Notes: generated by a model not told the origin, from the sequence alone. A stretch of 64,000 nucleotides of DNA from Lama glama (GCA_028534125.1 CM052837.1:1798001-1862000), one strand, 5' to 3'; positions 26,036 through 39,387 are shown, counted from the stretch's first letter. A program made the numbers and translations.

Positions 26036-26799
26036 ATGCGTGTATTTTTAAACCATGAGTTCAAATCGATATTTCCAGGTAAAATTTAATTTTACCAAGT
26101 TTTCCCTTAATTTCTTTGATTTTGATATTTGTGTGTATCCTTTCTCTTACACTGAAAATCTTAGTCCTAATAGCAATTAATATTTTTTTGCAGATCTTTT
26201 TGCCCTTAGAAGATATACATCTATGGAGATACAATCAGAATATTGTCTTTAAACAGTCATTTGCAATAATGACCTTCTATATACAGTTACGTTACCAACT
26301 AGATACATGGTTGGGATCATTTGTTTATTCTGTGTATTTGTTTATTCTCAATTATCAAGTTTTTCCTTTTAATTTTTGAATATGTAAAACTTTTAAAGGG
26401 CTCAAAAGTCAAAACTATATATACATATAGCTTGGGTCTATAGAAAGATATACTCGAAGAGGAACTCTTGACATCTCTTTTCTGTTCCATCCTGTCCTCC
26501 ATCCCACTTAGGTATGTGTTAATGTTATTTTTAAATGTATCCTTCCAAGTTTCTGTTTGAAAAAACAAGCAAATAAATATGTATTTTATGTTCTGCCCAT
26601 TGCTTTTATCATTACCAATCTATCTGAGAGACTAAGTAAAGTGAGAATGTAGGACTTCTCATGGTTTCTTAAGGTTGCCTAGTCCTGTGTAGCAGCGCGT
26701 TATGCAGATGGACTCGATTCAGTCGGCCACTTTTAGATGTGTATGCACCGTATCCAGTCAGATCCCACTATACAGTCACACTGGGCTCTCCCCAGTGTC

Positions 26800-27195
26800 T
26801 GGCTGAATTCATTTTCTGGGGCCCCTGTAACAAATTACCACCAACGAGGTGGCTTAAAGCAACAGAAATTTATTTTTCTTACAGTTCTGGAGTCCAGAAG
26901 TCTGAAATCAAGCTCAGGGTCAGGCTCCCACTGGAAGACCCTGGGGAGAATCCTTGCTTCTTCAGGCTTCTGGTGACTGCGTGACTCCAGTGTCTGCCTC
27001 TGTTTTCGCCTGGCTTTTGTCTGTTTGTGTGCCCTGTCCTCTTGTGTCTCTTATAAAGACATTAGATTTACGGCCAACCCAGATAACCCAAGATGATTTT
27101 ACCTTGATGACACGTGCAAAGATCTTTTTCCCAGAAGATGTCACCATCACAGGTTCCAGGGCTTAGGACATGGATATAGCTGTTCAGCCTACTGC
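26800..27195 (-). mobile_element. MaLR LTR (MLT1B/C-like) inside an older L1 relic
   Basis: tgtaacaaattaccaccaacgaggtggcttaaagcaacagaaatttatt...cagttctggagtccagaagtctgaaatcaag. Confidence 0.8.
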
Positions 27196-29234
27196 GCTGG
27201 CTGTTACAAATAATGCTGGAAGGAATAAATCTCCACATGTGATTTTATATTCGTGGAGGTGCATCCTCACAGTAGATACTTAGAAGTAGGATTTCTGGGC
27301 AAATAACACATAATTTTGCCAAGTTCCCCCCATAGGAGTTGTACTATTTCACATTCCTACCAGCTATATTTTTCTATAGCTTTGCCAGAGTGTGTTCAGT
27401 CAACACTTGCTTTTTTTTTGTTTTTTGTTTGCCAACCCAAATGGCATCTCAGGGTAGTTTAAATTTGCATTGTAAGTTTTCAACTCTCGATTTAAACTCC
27501 GGATTTCCTTGGCACTCTGAACTTCCAGGGATAGAGAATTAATTGCAAAACAGGTGATGTCCTCCAGGAGTTCACAGTCTAGCAGGAATAATTTTACAGT
27601 GCAACAGAAAATAAGAACCATTTTTATTTATTTTTACTTCACTTGGAGTATATGGGTGGGTGAAAGAGCATCAAAATAATAACTTATGTTTCTTGCTTTT
27701 TTAGAGAAGACCTGAAGTTCTATACTTTCATCAGAAAGCAAAGGCTGGATATGACGGATGAGATGAATCTGTAGGCATGGATGTCTGTTTCTGGTACTAG
27801 CAAGTTTTAACAAGTGTCATGTGTTCACTGAACACTGTTGTTTATCTCTTCATTTATTGAGTTGCTCTGCCTCTCAATTAAATTGGAAGCTTTGGAGGCC
27901 AAGAGGCTATATCTTATACAGCTTTTTATCCCCAAGGTTTAGACTTATGCCTTGCATACAGTAGGTGCTCAACTAATATTTAACTGTGATGACAGGTTGC
28001 TTTGTGATAGAAAAATTGAATTCCCTAAGACAAGCACATTGTATTTTTTCAGTCAGTGTAATGAAAGATATCTTCTTCTAAAGGAATGATGCAGTGAATA
28101 CTGTGACTTACTATCTGTAGCCAGAAACAGGCTAAATTTCTGTAACAAAGAGTGATAGCAGGTCCTGAGTGTGGGGTTTCCCTCTCTGGGTCTGAGATTC
28201 ATCCACATCATTGGGTTTATTGGCAGCCCACTTCTTTTTATTGCTGAGTAATATTCCTTTGTATGAATATATCCCAATTCTATCAATGCTATTTGACAAC
28301 TTGAAAAACAGAGAGAGGCTCTAACAACTAGATTTTTTTTTTTTTTGCACGCCCGGATTACGTATGTAGGGATATTTTAGCTTCTCATCCCCTTTTATTT
28401 AATGAAATGTATTGAATGCTTTGAGGCCAAACTGTGCTCAGTGATGAGGATACAAGGCTGGGTTAATCTCTGGCTCTTCCCCCAAGTTACGGTTCAGCTG
28501 CCTGAGAAGACAGTTGTTTGTCCCAATCTGATGTAAACCACATGATTTTAAACAGCAAGCTTAAGTGCTTGCTAAAATGTTGTGAAAATTTGGACCATCA
28601 AAGGATCCAGATGCCAGTAAATAACCCTACAGATCTCTTGTAAGATATCTCCAGACCATCTTCCGTCTCAAAGTCTTGCCCCAGGTTACAGGCGCCTAGC
28701 CCTAAAAAGCATGCCGGCCTGAGAGTCAGGTCCTTCAGGTTCTGTTTCTGGTTCTGCTGCTGTCTTGCTAGGTGGCCTTGCACAACCCAGAGGACGAACG
28801 TGCGCTTTCTGCAGAGTAAGTCGCAAGACCTGGAGGAGCCTCCAAGGGCGGCCCTCACACCCCAAGTGGGGACGGGGTCCAGGAAAGCGGGGATCGGCCG
28901 GCCTGCTCACCCGGAGCCTAGGCATGCCCTGCCCCGCCGCCACAGCCGTTCATTTCGGTGTGAGATCGGAGCTCCGATTTGAGTACGGCCGAGGGGCTTT
29001 CCACTGGCTCCCACCTGGGGGAATCTACAATCAAATCTTAAAATGCGTTACATCTTAAAAGCCTACAGGCTTGTCTTACAGAGCTGTTTCGGTGGTTCCC
29101 CTGGCACTAGAGGGTGGGCTCACAGACCAGAGTGAAGGTACGGACGCCCGGGCCTTCTGGGCTGGGGGCTGGCGGACGCTGCCCTTCCGCCGGAGACCCT
29201 GGCAGTGAGGTCGCAGCGCCTCGCCTCCGGGAGA

Positions 29235-29259
29235 ACTACATTCCCCAGAAGCACTCGCG
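29235..29259 (+). promoter_or_regulatory. ZNF143/THAP11-type SBS motif
   Basis: ACTACATTCCCCAGAAGCACTCGCG resembles the ACTACAnnTCCCA..GC motif. Confidence 0.75.
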
Positions 29260-29350
29260 GCGCACGGCGGAGTTGGGGGTGGGGACGTGCTCGGGGCCGG
29301 CCCACTGACTCCGCGCGCCGCAGGCTCGCCAGCCTGATTGGAGGGCACGT

Positions 29351-29375
29351 CGCGGTGCACCCCGGGACTTGTAGT
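29351..29375 (-). promoter_or_regulatory. Second ZNF143/THAP11-type SBS motif, inverted
   Basis: Reverse complement reads ACTACAAGTCCCGGGGTGCACCGCG. Confidence 0.75.
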
Positions 29376-29662
29376 GGAGCGTGTGCGTGGGGTGCGCGTC
29401 TTTGTGATTCGCGGCGCTGGCTCGGCGCCCCGGGCGCGCCCCCGCGAGGCGGGGCGGCGGGTTCCGCGTCGACACCGCCTTCCTGCCCCGCCCCCCGTCG
29501 CGCCGGCCCGCCCTCGTCCCTGGAGCCTTGGCTGAGGAGACGGCGGCGGCCGGCCGGGGGGCGGCGAGCGGCCCGCGCGACACGCGCCGGCCCGACCGTG
29601 TGCGCTGACTCGCGCGCGCAGGCGCCTCCTGCCCCGCCGGCGGGGCCCGGCTGCCCGGCGGG

Positions 29663-29768
29663 ATGTTCTCCCGGAGGAGCCACGGGGATGTGAAGAAGTC
29701 CACCCAGAAGGTGCTGGACCCCAAGAAGGACGTGCTGACCCGCCTGAAGCACCTGCGGGCGCTGCTGG
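29663..29768 (+). CDS. RALGAPA2: RALGAPA2 coding exon 1 ([35 protein letters not shown] + first base of Asp)
   Basis: The translation matches the RALGAPA2 N-terminus as I recall it (RALGAPA1 begins MFSKKPHGD). ATG lies in a CpG island. Donor G|GTGAGG at 29769; 106 nt; ends phase 1. Confidence 0.97.
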
Positions 29769-32675
29769 GTGAGGCGCGCGGCGGCGCGGGGTGGGCACCT
29801 GCGGGCCGGGCCGGGGCGTCTCTCCCTCTCCCGCGGCCTCGGCGCCGCGACCCCGGGCTTGTCCTGCCGCCCTGGCGTGCGGACGGACCCCGGGTTCCCG
29901 CCGGGTGGGCCGGACCCGGGTGGTGCTTGCGCGCGCACGCTGGGTGTCATCTCCCCTCCCAGTTCTAGTGTTTGCGTCCAGACCCTAAGCAGACTGAGAC
30001 CCCAAGTGGTCCCAGCGCAGACTCACCTGAGCTGCCATCCCCCAACACCCCGCCACCCCGTTAATTCTGTCTTTACCTTTGAGTCCGAGTCCCCAGATGG
30101 AGACTGCAGGTGGCCCCGGGATACATTTGATGCATCTGTCATCCGTCATCCCACTGCCTCAGCTGCTTTGTGTCCTTGGTGCGAAGGGGCCCCTCGTGTC
30201 GGCTTGGATGGGGAGGGGGTGGCTTTCCCCGGTTCAAGGAGGCTGCTTCTCCTTTACTGCCAGGATGACAGCGATGGTTGTGTGCCTTCTTCCGTTTTTG
30301 TGACACCGCGGGGTGGGGGTTCTGCAGAGCCCAGGGGGCCTGCACTTGACCTGTGGTGGAGCTCACCCCGTGGGTGTGAAGTGTCCACAGGGCTTCCTGT
30401 CACCTGCTGCCTGTCATCTGTAGCAGGTTTGCTGTGCTGTGTTTTGTTTTCTGTTCTTACCTCCTTAGTCTTAACTGTCTTTTAGGATGCAAACGCCTTT
30501 GCTGTCTGTAGACAGATTTGTCTTTGTGTCTTAGGGGATTGAGAAAAGGGTACCTTCTGTTTCTTCTAGATGCCTTTTTCATTCTTAAAATGAGCAAAAA
30601 TCACCTGATTGAAGGCACCTCGTCTTAATGTGTCTGCCCCTTGAGGAAATATGGTATAAAAATTCATTTTGTACGTGAGAATTTTAAATAAAGGTCTTGT
30701 TCATGAGATTAACAGTTGTACATGAGTTCTGTTCATACTCCACACAGCACCTCAAAGGGGAAAATACACACACTTAGTTTTGCCAAGTGCACTTCACAGC
30801 CTTGGATTCCTTGAGATTCCACTGTCTTGTTCGGTTTGGAAAGAAATGTAAATTAAGTACTGTTAAAAGGATTCGTTTTCAAGATTTAGTGAAGGTGAAG
30901 TGCGGAGTTCCTGGTAAACTGAACTTCCTGCTTCCTGTGCTGAAATCCCAGGGGCACACAGCTCGCATTGTGCCGAGTCCTCAGTGCTGACTGAGGACTG
31001 ATAACACCTACTGCAGGCACGTTTCTGATAAAGGAGAGCTGAGCAGTGTTTTAAAGCATTTGATACTGTGGGACTTCTTCTCTGGCTGAGAACTTAACTT
31101 TTTGTTCTGTCTGCAGGATTAAGCAGACTACATTTTGTAAAGGCAGAATCAATGAAACCCAGATCAGCTTGGTTTCTTAGAGATGCGCGGTAGTACCCTG
31201 TTACCATTCTGAGAAGGTACCTGTTTTCAAGGCTTTGTGGTTTCCCTTTAAGGTGTGTGTCTTGTTTTGAGGAACTTTCTTTTGTCATTTCATTGAGCCA
31301 TGTGACCTGAGTTTTACAGCACAGAGAGGTTCTTTGATATTTTCTGACGTATGTTGTTTCCTGTTGATGCGTTTGCTTGTGAAACGGCCTGATTTATTGT
31401 GTTTATTACTGTAATCTTTATCTGTAGGGACTAGGTTTTTGTAAATGTGCCCAGGAGTTCTAGTTCATAATGTTTACTGTAAACGTTCGCCTACAGCCTT
31501 GGTTTAAAGTCTTTAAAGAAAAGTAGTCCCCGAAAGTACTAGTCCCCCCACATGGCATTCCCTCTTTATTTGCTCCTTTAAGGAAAAGTCTACTTAGAAA
31601 AAAAGGCCTTTTGATCCAAAAGGTAGGATTTAGCCAAGATCAAGAAACTATGTGAAGGAAATGAATAGACATTGTTGTTGTAATTTGTGTATTTAGATAA
31701 TACTTTGGCTTTTCACATATTTTCGAGTGGTGATAACAATGTTATTTTTTAAATACAAAGTTGATACCACTGACCTGGATTTGTAGCCTGCAGCTGCATG
31801 ACTGTAGGCTGGTTACTCCTCCTGTCTTTGAACCTCAGATCCTTTACTCTGTAAATGCGTATGGTGACGTCTGCCTCGTAAAGGTGATTGTGAGTGTGAT
31901 GTATAAACTGCTTCAGCGTGGAGCAGGCACTGGCCAGTCTCCTCTCCCAGGACTTGTCTCCTGTCATTAACAGGACGGGACAAGCATTTTGATAGGTAGG
32001 CCCTTGTCCTTCCTTATTTTAATAATTGTGATGGGTTTGTTCCCACTTCATAAAAATTGGTCTGTATTTAAGACAGCTGGCTGAGAGACACACAGTCAGC
32101 TGTGGAGAGTGGAGTAGTTCTTAGTATCATGGAAATGACTCCAGGCAGAACTTGCTCAGCTGCTTTGACCTGGCTCTGTCTTGTCGACTGGCCTCATATT
32201 AACTTTATTTTACAGGGTGGGAGACTGAGGCACAAGGCAGGGCTTATGGGGTGGGGGGGCAAGCTGTGTCGTCAACGCTGTATGTGTAAATTAGAGGAAG
32301 AACAAAGAGCCGTTAGGTCGCCTGACTTCCCGTTCTCTTTACACTGTTGAAATCATCATGGGGAAAGTAAATAGCTAAACTAAACCAAACTAAAGTAACA
32401 GACATACTGTGTGTTGATATCTTGCCGCAGCAAAGACTCTGTGTCTAATTAAAAATTGAGTGCCTACTGTGAGTCCCCAAATAGGGTATAGAAATGGCAT
32501 TCATATTGGCAAGAAGGAGAGATTAAACGTTGGTGTGTTACGTAATTAGATAGTGGCTTATATGGTAGACTCCATTATAGGATTTCAAGGGGCAAAAGGA
32601 TCATTAGGACCGGCACACAGATCGGGGCATCTTGAAGGAGGTTCTACTGATGCTGGGCCCTGAAGAATGCTTAGC

Positions 32676-32985
32676 TTGGCTCTGCCCTGGAGAAATAAAT
32701 GTGAGTCCCACGAGTAATGTGAAATCTCTTGTAGTCACATTTTAAAAAGTAAAGAGATAGGTGAAATTAACCTTGATAATATATTTTCTTTAAACTCACA
32801 CATCTAATGTGTATGGTATCAACAGGCAGGCAAAGTAAAATGTTAAGTTTGTACATTGTTTTTTCCGTACCAAGTCCCTGAAACCAGGATAGGGTGTCCA
32901 CTGGCAGCACATCAGCCCAGGCCTGCAGCACTGCAGGCACTCCGGAGCTGCGTGAGGCTTGTGGCTGCACACTGGGCAGAGCCGG
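32676..32985 (+). mobile_element. MER33-like hAT-Charlie DNA transposon relic
   Basis: tagtcacattttaaaaagtaaagagataggtgaaattaaccttgataatatattt matches MER33 as recalled. Confidence 0.7.
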
Positions 32986-33229
32986 GCCAGGCAGTGGGGA
33001 AGTTGAGGGGGATGGAAGAGCTGGTGGTGGAAACACAGGGCAGTGATGTGCTGGGTGAGGAATCAGCCAGCCTCTTCCTGGTGCCCAGGGAGAGGGTGAT
33101 GAGGAGAGGGTAGCGTTGGGCACTGATGGTGGGGTGCTGGAACCCTGGCCCCGGATTAGTGGCCAGAGTAGTGTGTAGGCCGGGGGTGAGGTCAGGACAG
33201 TGAGCTGGACTTGGGGTCATGGGGGAGGT

Positions 33230-33560
33230 GAGGACTAGTGGCCTGACCGGTAGAAGCGGAGGCAGGTTGGGGCCGGATCGGAAAGGGCCTTGTTTGCCGG
33301 AGTTAGAAGCTCAGATCTTATCCTGCAGGTGAGAGGGCCCACTTGGAGAATTCTTAGCAGGTCAGATGATAAGATTTGAGAACTGCCTCTGCCAGCAGGG
33401 TCAGGAAAAACAGATTGGGGCTGACGGGATGGGTGGCCCTGAAGGCAGGAAGACCCTGAGAAGACTGGCAGTGATGGGGCCGACCAAGGACCAGGGCTGG
33501 GAAGAAGGATGTGGATGGGTGGACAGACGGTCACTAAGGAACTAGTGATTCTCCAGGTGG
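33230..33560 (-). mobile_element. L2 relic
   Basis: gggccggatcggaaagggccttg...cttatcctgcaggtgagagggcccacttggagaattcttagcagg. Confidence 0.55.
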
Positions 33561-34439
33561 AGGAATGAGAGTGAGCTTTGTGGAAGCCAGGCCAGGAGTG
33601 ATGAATCTGAAGGATAAGACATTTGGGATCCAGAGTCACAGCCCAGTCAAATCAAGTGACACCAGGTTTCCGACCGAATATTTGGAATCAGACAAAAGAG
33701 AATTATCTCTCACAAATGCTCTAAATGCTGGTGGAGTGAAATCGAACATTTTGATATGTTTTCCTGTTGTGCATCTGTTGTTTTAGGTAGAGACAAGTCC
33801 ACTTACAATTTTAAATGTTGCCTTTTAAACTTGCTATTAGTATATCTCCATGTTTTGTTCCTTTATTTTTTTTTTTAAATTGACTACAGAGATTTGTGGA
33901 GACTGCACCGTTATGTAGCTTACCGTTTCTTGGGTATTAAATCATTCCCTTCCTTTCTTCCTCTCTCTCTCTCTCTTTTTCCTCTTTCCTTTTTTCTTTT
34001 TCTTTCTTTCTCCAGTGTGAGTAATACTGCTCTCAGCATGTTGGGAGGCAGCTTTTTCTGTATTTTGCATTATTTCCTTAGAAGAGACTCCGTTGAAGTC
34101 AAATTGCTGGGGCCGAGCATGTCTGTGCCTGGACTCAGCACCTTCCTGAGCGTTGCTCCCACCGGCCCCGCTGGCAGCCACGATTGAGACTCCCGTTTCC
34201 ACTGCAGTCTGGCCAGCGATCAACACGTCGTTATGATTTGAGAATTGGTGTTAGGTGTTTGGGGGAACAGAGTGTCATGGATAGAGCCAGAATTGCTGGG
34301 AGGAGACCCATCTAACGACAGAGGGAGATGAGTTTCCTGTGATATGTGTTGAGTTTGAGAAAAAGGCGAGGTCCAAGTGCCATGTCCGGGAGGTTGTTGG
34401 ACGTGGAGTCTTGCACTTAATGAGAGGTTAGAAAGCTGT

Positions 34440-34630
34440 GGTGTGGTTATTTATTGTCATCGTGATCTCACTGAATCACCCCACAACCCAGGATGAAGGC
34501 AGTGTTCCTGCCCCCAATCTAGAGATGAGGAAACAGGCTCGTGGAGGTGGACCCCATGTCCTCCAGCCCCCAGCCCGGAAGTGGCAGAGCGGGGAGTCGC
34601 AGGGTTATAAAGCCCACGCTGTGCTCTTGC
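34440..34630 (-). mobile_element. MIR
   Basis: ccccaatctagagatgaggaaacaggctc core. Confidence 0.65.
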
Positions 34631-36540
34631 TAGTTGTCTGACTCAAAAGCTTACTTACGCACCAGAAAATGTATTTACCCGCCAGAATGAACATTAGCTT
34701 ATAAACAGAAGCCCACGTCTCCCCAAAGTGTTGCTTGCAGTTTTGCTGCTCTCTTCCCAACCTGTTTTACCATATTCTAGGGAAACTGAGGCTGCATTTG
34801 ATTTGAACATGACAGAAGATACAAGACTCCTTCTGCATTTTTGTGTTCACTGGCCTCTCCATGCCCTTGTCAGGCCTCGCGGGTGGTGAAGTATTTGCAC
34901 GGGCCTTAGTGCCACGTGGACATTGCACAGCTGGAGCAGAGCTGGGACGAACAGCTCCAGGCCCTTCAGGCAGTCCTAGGAGGGCTCTGTCAGTTGACCT
35001 TGTTTGAAGCAAAGTGATTTTGCCATAATGCTCCCTTTCCTAATTTTTCATCAGTTATTAACATTTTGTATCTGTAACCTCAGGAATGCAGAATGAACTT
35101 GGGACGCATGTATGTCACACAAATACACCGCCCCTGCCCCTCAGGGGTGTGAGAAAGCCAAACCTCGGGTCAAAGTTTGATTGAGCTCAGATGTTTTGTT
35201 TAAGATACGTGAAGGAGATTGCCCTTGACCTTTTATTCTGAGAAGAGAGATAGTTGGTAGGTCCAGAATGTTTTGATACAAACTTTTGTAGTTTGTATTT
35301 TTATTTTGTTTGTAAGTGCTTTATCTGCAGGTGGACATACTGGCTGTTTAGAGTACTGATCTTTGGTCTCCAAACTAACTACCATAGATAAAACTGTAGG
35401 GAATTGTTTGTTTATAAAGTTGACTTTCAAAATAGCAGTTTGTTTCAGTTTAAATTTTAAAATTATTTTTCAAAGGGATATGTTACTCTACTGTAAAATT
35501 AAGAATTAATATATAAATATAGTGAACAACTGTGTTGTTTTTTGATTTTTAAAAAATTCAGTTTCACGTATATTTTCTTTTGAGCCTGTGTGTGTGTGTC
35601 TGGTAGGGCCGTGTCTTCAGAGACAGACGGGTGAACAGCTGCATTGACCACGAGGGTGTCAGGGCCTCGGTGGAGTGGGATGGAACTGTTCAGGTGGCCA
35701 CAGGGGTAGAAGGCTCAGCAGAAAGGCCTCTGGGAGAGGCCGCAGTGCTTTCTGCAGGGGCCGAGGCTAGGGTGGGCTTGGGATAATGAACACGGTAGTT
35801 TCCTGGGTGAGTGGGTGGGGGTGAGGGGACCGCAGAGAAAAGAGTTTGTGCACAGGTAGTGGTGTGGCCATTGTGCGGTTAAGTGTACAGTGTCCTTTAT
35901 CCTGTGGTGTGGGGAATCCAGGGAAGAGCTTTAAGCAGAGGAGGGGTCAAATCCAATGTCTGCCCTTGGCCAAGGGTCCAGGAGTCCCAGTCTCCCTGAG
36001 ATTTGAAGCGTGGATGCCTGGAGAGGGAGAGCACCCATCTTCTTGGATGACAGACCGAGAGGATGCCGGAGCAGAGAGATGGAGCGTGAGGAGGGCCGGC
36101 GGGCCCTGTGTGAGCCGAGGGGTTCAGCCCTGTCTGGCCCATCCCCACCCCTGTAACCTCCTGTTTTCGCTCTAGCCAGCTTGAGTAGTATGTCTAGGCC
36201 TTGCAGCGGAAAGAGTACAGGTGAATGTGGCAGGGAGGCCAAGGGAGAGTCCAGGTAAAGGATGGAGGGGTCTGTGTGTGTGTGTGCAGGTATGATTTTT
36301 ATATTTGTTAAGACCTGAGGGAATTCGAGTTTATTTACATTTCGAAGAAGGAAATAACAAAAGAGCAAAATTAAGGAAACAGAGAGGGGATAAAATGGTG
36401 AAAGTCGTGGTCTGCAGTGGGATCCGTGGGGTGTGTGTGCAGCAGGAGATCAGGCTTGGCGAGGGGGCACCGCTCCCTCTAAGGCCCCTCAGAGGAAGCA
36501 GGAACGGGGCGCAGGCTGGCAGGTCGTGAAGGGAGCTCGC

Positions 36541-36655
36541 CTGCGATGGCCCCTGTGTTTTCTGTGATGGTCCCTGTGTTTTCTGCGATGGTCCCTGTGT
36601 TTTCTGTGATGGTCCCTGTGTTTTCTGCGATGGTCCCTGTGTTTTCTGTGATGGT
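36541..36655 (+). repeat. 21-bp minisatellite, 5.5 units (CTGYGATGGTCCCTGTGTTTT)
   Basis: Read directly; units start at 36541, 36562, 36583, 36604, 36625 and 36646. Confidence 0.95.
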
Positions 36656-38324
36656 GCGAGGGAAGGCCCGCTGCCGACTGCTCTTCTCGCGGGTGTGGTA
36701 ATAGGAACCGAGCAAGTGCTGCTCCCTCTCCTGTGCCGGGTCTCCTCTTAAAACAAAGGAAGCCCTGTAACTGTGTGTGTTTGTGGGGGTGATCTCGTAA
36801 ATGCGATTTAACCTGTGAGCTAAACGCTTGGCTGGAAGGGAGAAACGTGCACGTGTAAGTAAGTGCGGTGTGCACGCGTGTATATATAAATGTATGTAAT
36901 AGAAGGGGACCGTTTAAGTGGTGCGGTGCTGACCCACTCTGGCCATGTGCCCCGACTGGCATGAGGTGGGACCGGGGAAGTTGCTGTGTCCTCAGTGGCC
37001 TTCTTCCCTTCGTGCCTATCACCGTGGAACGTCTTCCCTGCCGGGTGTGGCTCTAGTGTTTAAAGTTAATTTTGATTTTCTCCATTTTTCCCCCTAATGT
37101 GACTCAGCCTCACATGAGAGGCAACTTGGCTGTACTGGCATTTCATACTCAGGGGGCACTTGATACCTTTGCAGAATGGTTTCTCCTGTTCTCATTTGAT
37201 CAGATTGCTGCCTTAAGCAACCAGTTGATAAGGGATTTACCTTCTAGACTCTCCATAGAGCTTTGTTCCCGAGCTAGTTCTGAATCCTCATTTCAGGGTT
37301 TTAATTTTGATTTTTAGGAAAAGAGATGTTTCTTAACCACTTTATGTCTTTTACATTGGTTTAGAAACTGAAACCACATCTGAAAGATACTGAACACTGT
37401 TTTAAAAGTAGTTGTAATCTTTAACAGTGAATATGTACTTTGACTTCACTTTCGTAGTTGTGGCTGAGTTTGAAAAAATCCCTTTTGGAAAGGATAAGGG
37501 GCCCGTTGATGCTGTCTTGTGCTTAATTTGCCGTGATGGCACTTATTTAGTGACCTCCACTGTGCGTTCCAGGACACACAAGGTACTCGTGACCTTGCTG
37601 GTGTCGCTGTGGGAGCCTCTGTGCCCCTCAGCTCTGCTGCCGGGAGCACGGCTGAGCCCCGGCCCCCTGCTGCCCCGGTCACCAGCGCTGCACAGCCCAA
37701 GCCCAGCTTCTCTTGGGCTCCTCCCAGCCCGTTACTGAGCAAGTGGCCTGTTCCTTCCAGGCCCCGCTGCCTTCAGAGGGTGACTCTGGCCGGAGGGCTC
37801 CCCATTGGCCTGACCCACAGCCTCTCAGAACAGCGCTGGCCCCTCTGTGCAGGGGCCAGGCCTCGCCGTGGGGGCCTCCCCCTTCTCAGGGCTGTCCCCA
37901 TCTCCTTCACAGGCAGTTCCCTCGGGAAACCTCCTGCACTTCCATCTTCTCTTGGTGTCTGCTTCTCAGAGAACCCAAACTAACACGCCATCCCTTTTCC
38001 CAGGAGGTGTCGGCCGTCCTGCCACGTAAAATTCTTCCCCGGCAACTGTCCTTGTCCCTTTCTCGGAAGGGTCTTTCCTCAGGATCCCCGTGGTGTTTTG
38101 TGCCTTTTGCGTGGCGTTGGCAGCCCCTTGGCTTCGTGTTTCACTCACGTGTGTGCTGCCTGGTGTCTCCCGCTAAGTGGCGTCGATGCTAAGCAATGTC
38201 TGTGCTCAATAATGTCTTAACTAAATGTCTGCTAAATGGCGTTGACGCCAAATGGCGTCGAGAACATGAATAGCTTTTTGTACGTCTGGATTTCTCTTGG
38301 TGAGAGGCTTCCATATTTGTAATA

Positions 38325-38540
38325 ATAAGACGCAGCGTTTAATCAGCGCTTTCCCTGTGCCAGGCCCTGCTGGACATACTCTGCATGTGTTGACCAGTTT
38401 CCTCCTCTCCCCAGTGGGGTAGGAAGTATCACCGTCCCCATTTTACAGTTGAGACCCAGAGAAGGTGAACACATTTCCCGAGGTTGCACAGCTCGTAAGT
38501 GATAGAGTTAGGGCGTGAACCCAGGCAGCTGGCTCCAGAG
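38325..38540 (-). mobile_element. MIR
   Basis: ccccattttacagttgag...ggcgtgaacccaggcagctggctccagag. Confidence 0.8.
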
Positions 38541-39387
38541 GCCCCTTATTCATTTAACAGTTATTTTTTATCCACCACCAGCCACGTGCCAGGCATTACA
38601 CGCAGCGCTGGGCTTATCTGGGCTTGCATTCTGAAAAACCAAAAGCGTGATTTCCACATAGATGGATCTGAGTCTGTGGGAGACAGCAGGCACCTGTGTG
38701 GATGTTGTGAAAAATATCTGAAAGCTTCCCTGCCCCAAAGATTGTTTTCACCAGCTGGAAGTTTCCATCATTAAAGCAGGGATTCAAGCTCATGAATCAA
38801 GGTCTCCTGAGAGAGCCCTCTCCCGTTCTCCCTGTGTGCTTGCACTCGTGACCAGACCCACCCTGAATCCTGAGGGATGAGCTGTAAGAAAGGACTGCCT
38901 CTGTGGGCCAGCTGGAGGGGGGGTTGGGGAAACCCTGCCTGGGGGAGTCGGTGAGGGGCGGCAGGGCCGGGGGGCAGTTGGTAAGGACAGGCTTGAGGGG
39001 GGCTTAGGCACGTCCCCCAGATACCTTTTCATGGGAACAGAATCAGAGAGACATTATTGTAAATTTTCAAAAACCCAAACTGAGTTTCCATCCCTCAGAA
39101 AGGGCCTGTTGTAACTAGTGGTGGGAGTTCTCCCAGCGAAGCCTTTGGTAGTGTTTTCAGGGCTGCGTGGAAGAGAGGGCGGCTGATGGCATGTGTTGCT
39201 GCTTTACAGCTTCTTAAAGTGGCCAGCATGTTTTATTTCTGTGTTACATTTCCGGTACAAATAGTGTACACCTCTTTGCTCATGGATGGTTGTCTGATCA
39301 GATGAGGGCGTGTCTGGACCGGATAGGCTTGGTGTAGTGGAGCGCATGCTGAGCTCCCAGAGTGGAGGTAAAGGATCACCTGGTCTC

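Larger units (their letters stand above)
28700..29960. promoter_or_regulatory. RALGAPA2: CpG-island promoter, 5'UTR and exon 1 of RALGAPA2
   Basis: Very high GC and CpG density around the ATG. GC boxes at ~29449 and ~29485, inverted CCAAT (ATTGG 29337-29341), NRF1-like GCGCAGGCGC 29616-29625. No TATA box seen. Confidence 0.92.

Noticed and set aside
29076-30485. Long overlapping ORFs (160-276 aa) on both strands
   Set aside because: Stop-poor CpG-island sequence giving low-complexity Arg/Pro/Gly/Ala translations. Only 29663-29768 is coding.
36348-36390. EGNNK peptide as possible RALGAPA2 exon 3
   Set aside because: Only four residues match, the following sequence diverges (RAKLRKQ), and there is no pyrimidine acceptor.
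36541-36655. CRISPR-like array
   Set aside because: Head-to-tail repeats with no unique spacers, in a mammalian intron, with no cas genes. The same applies to 50127-50745.
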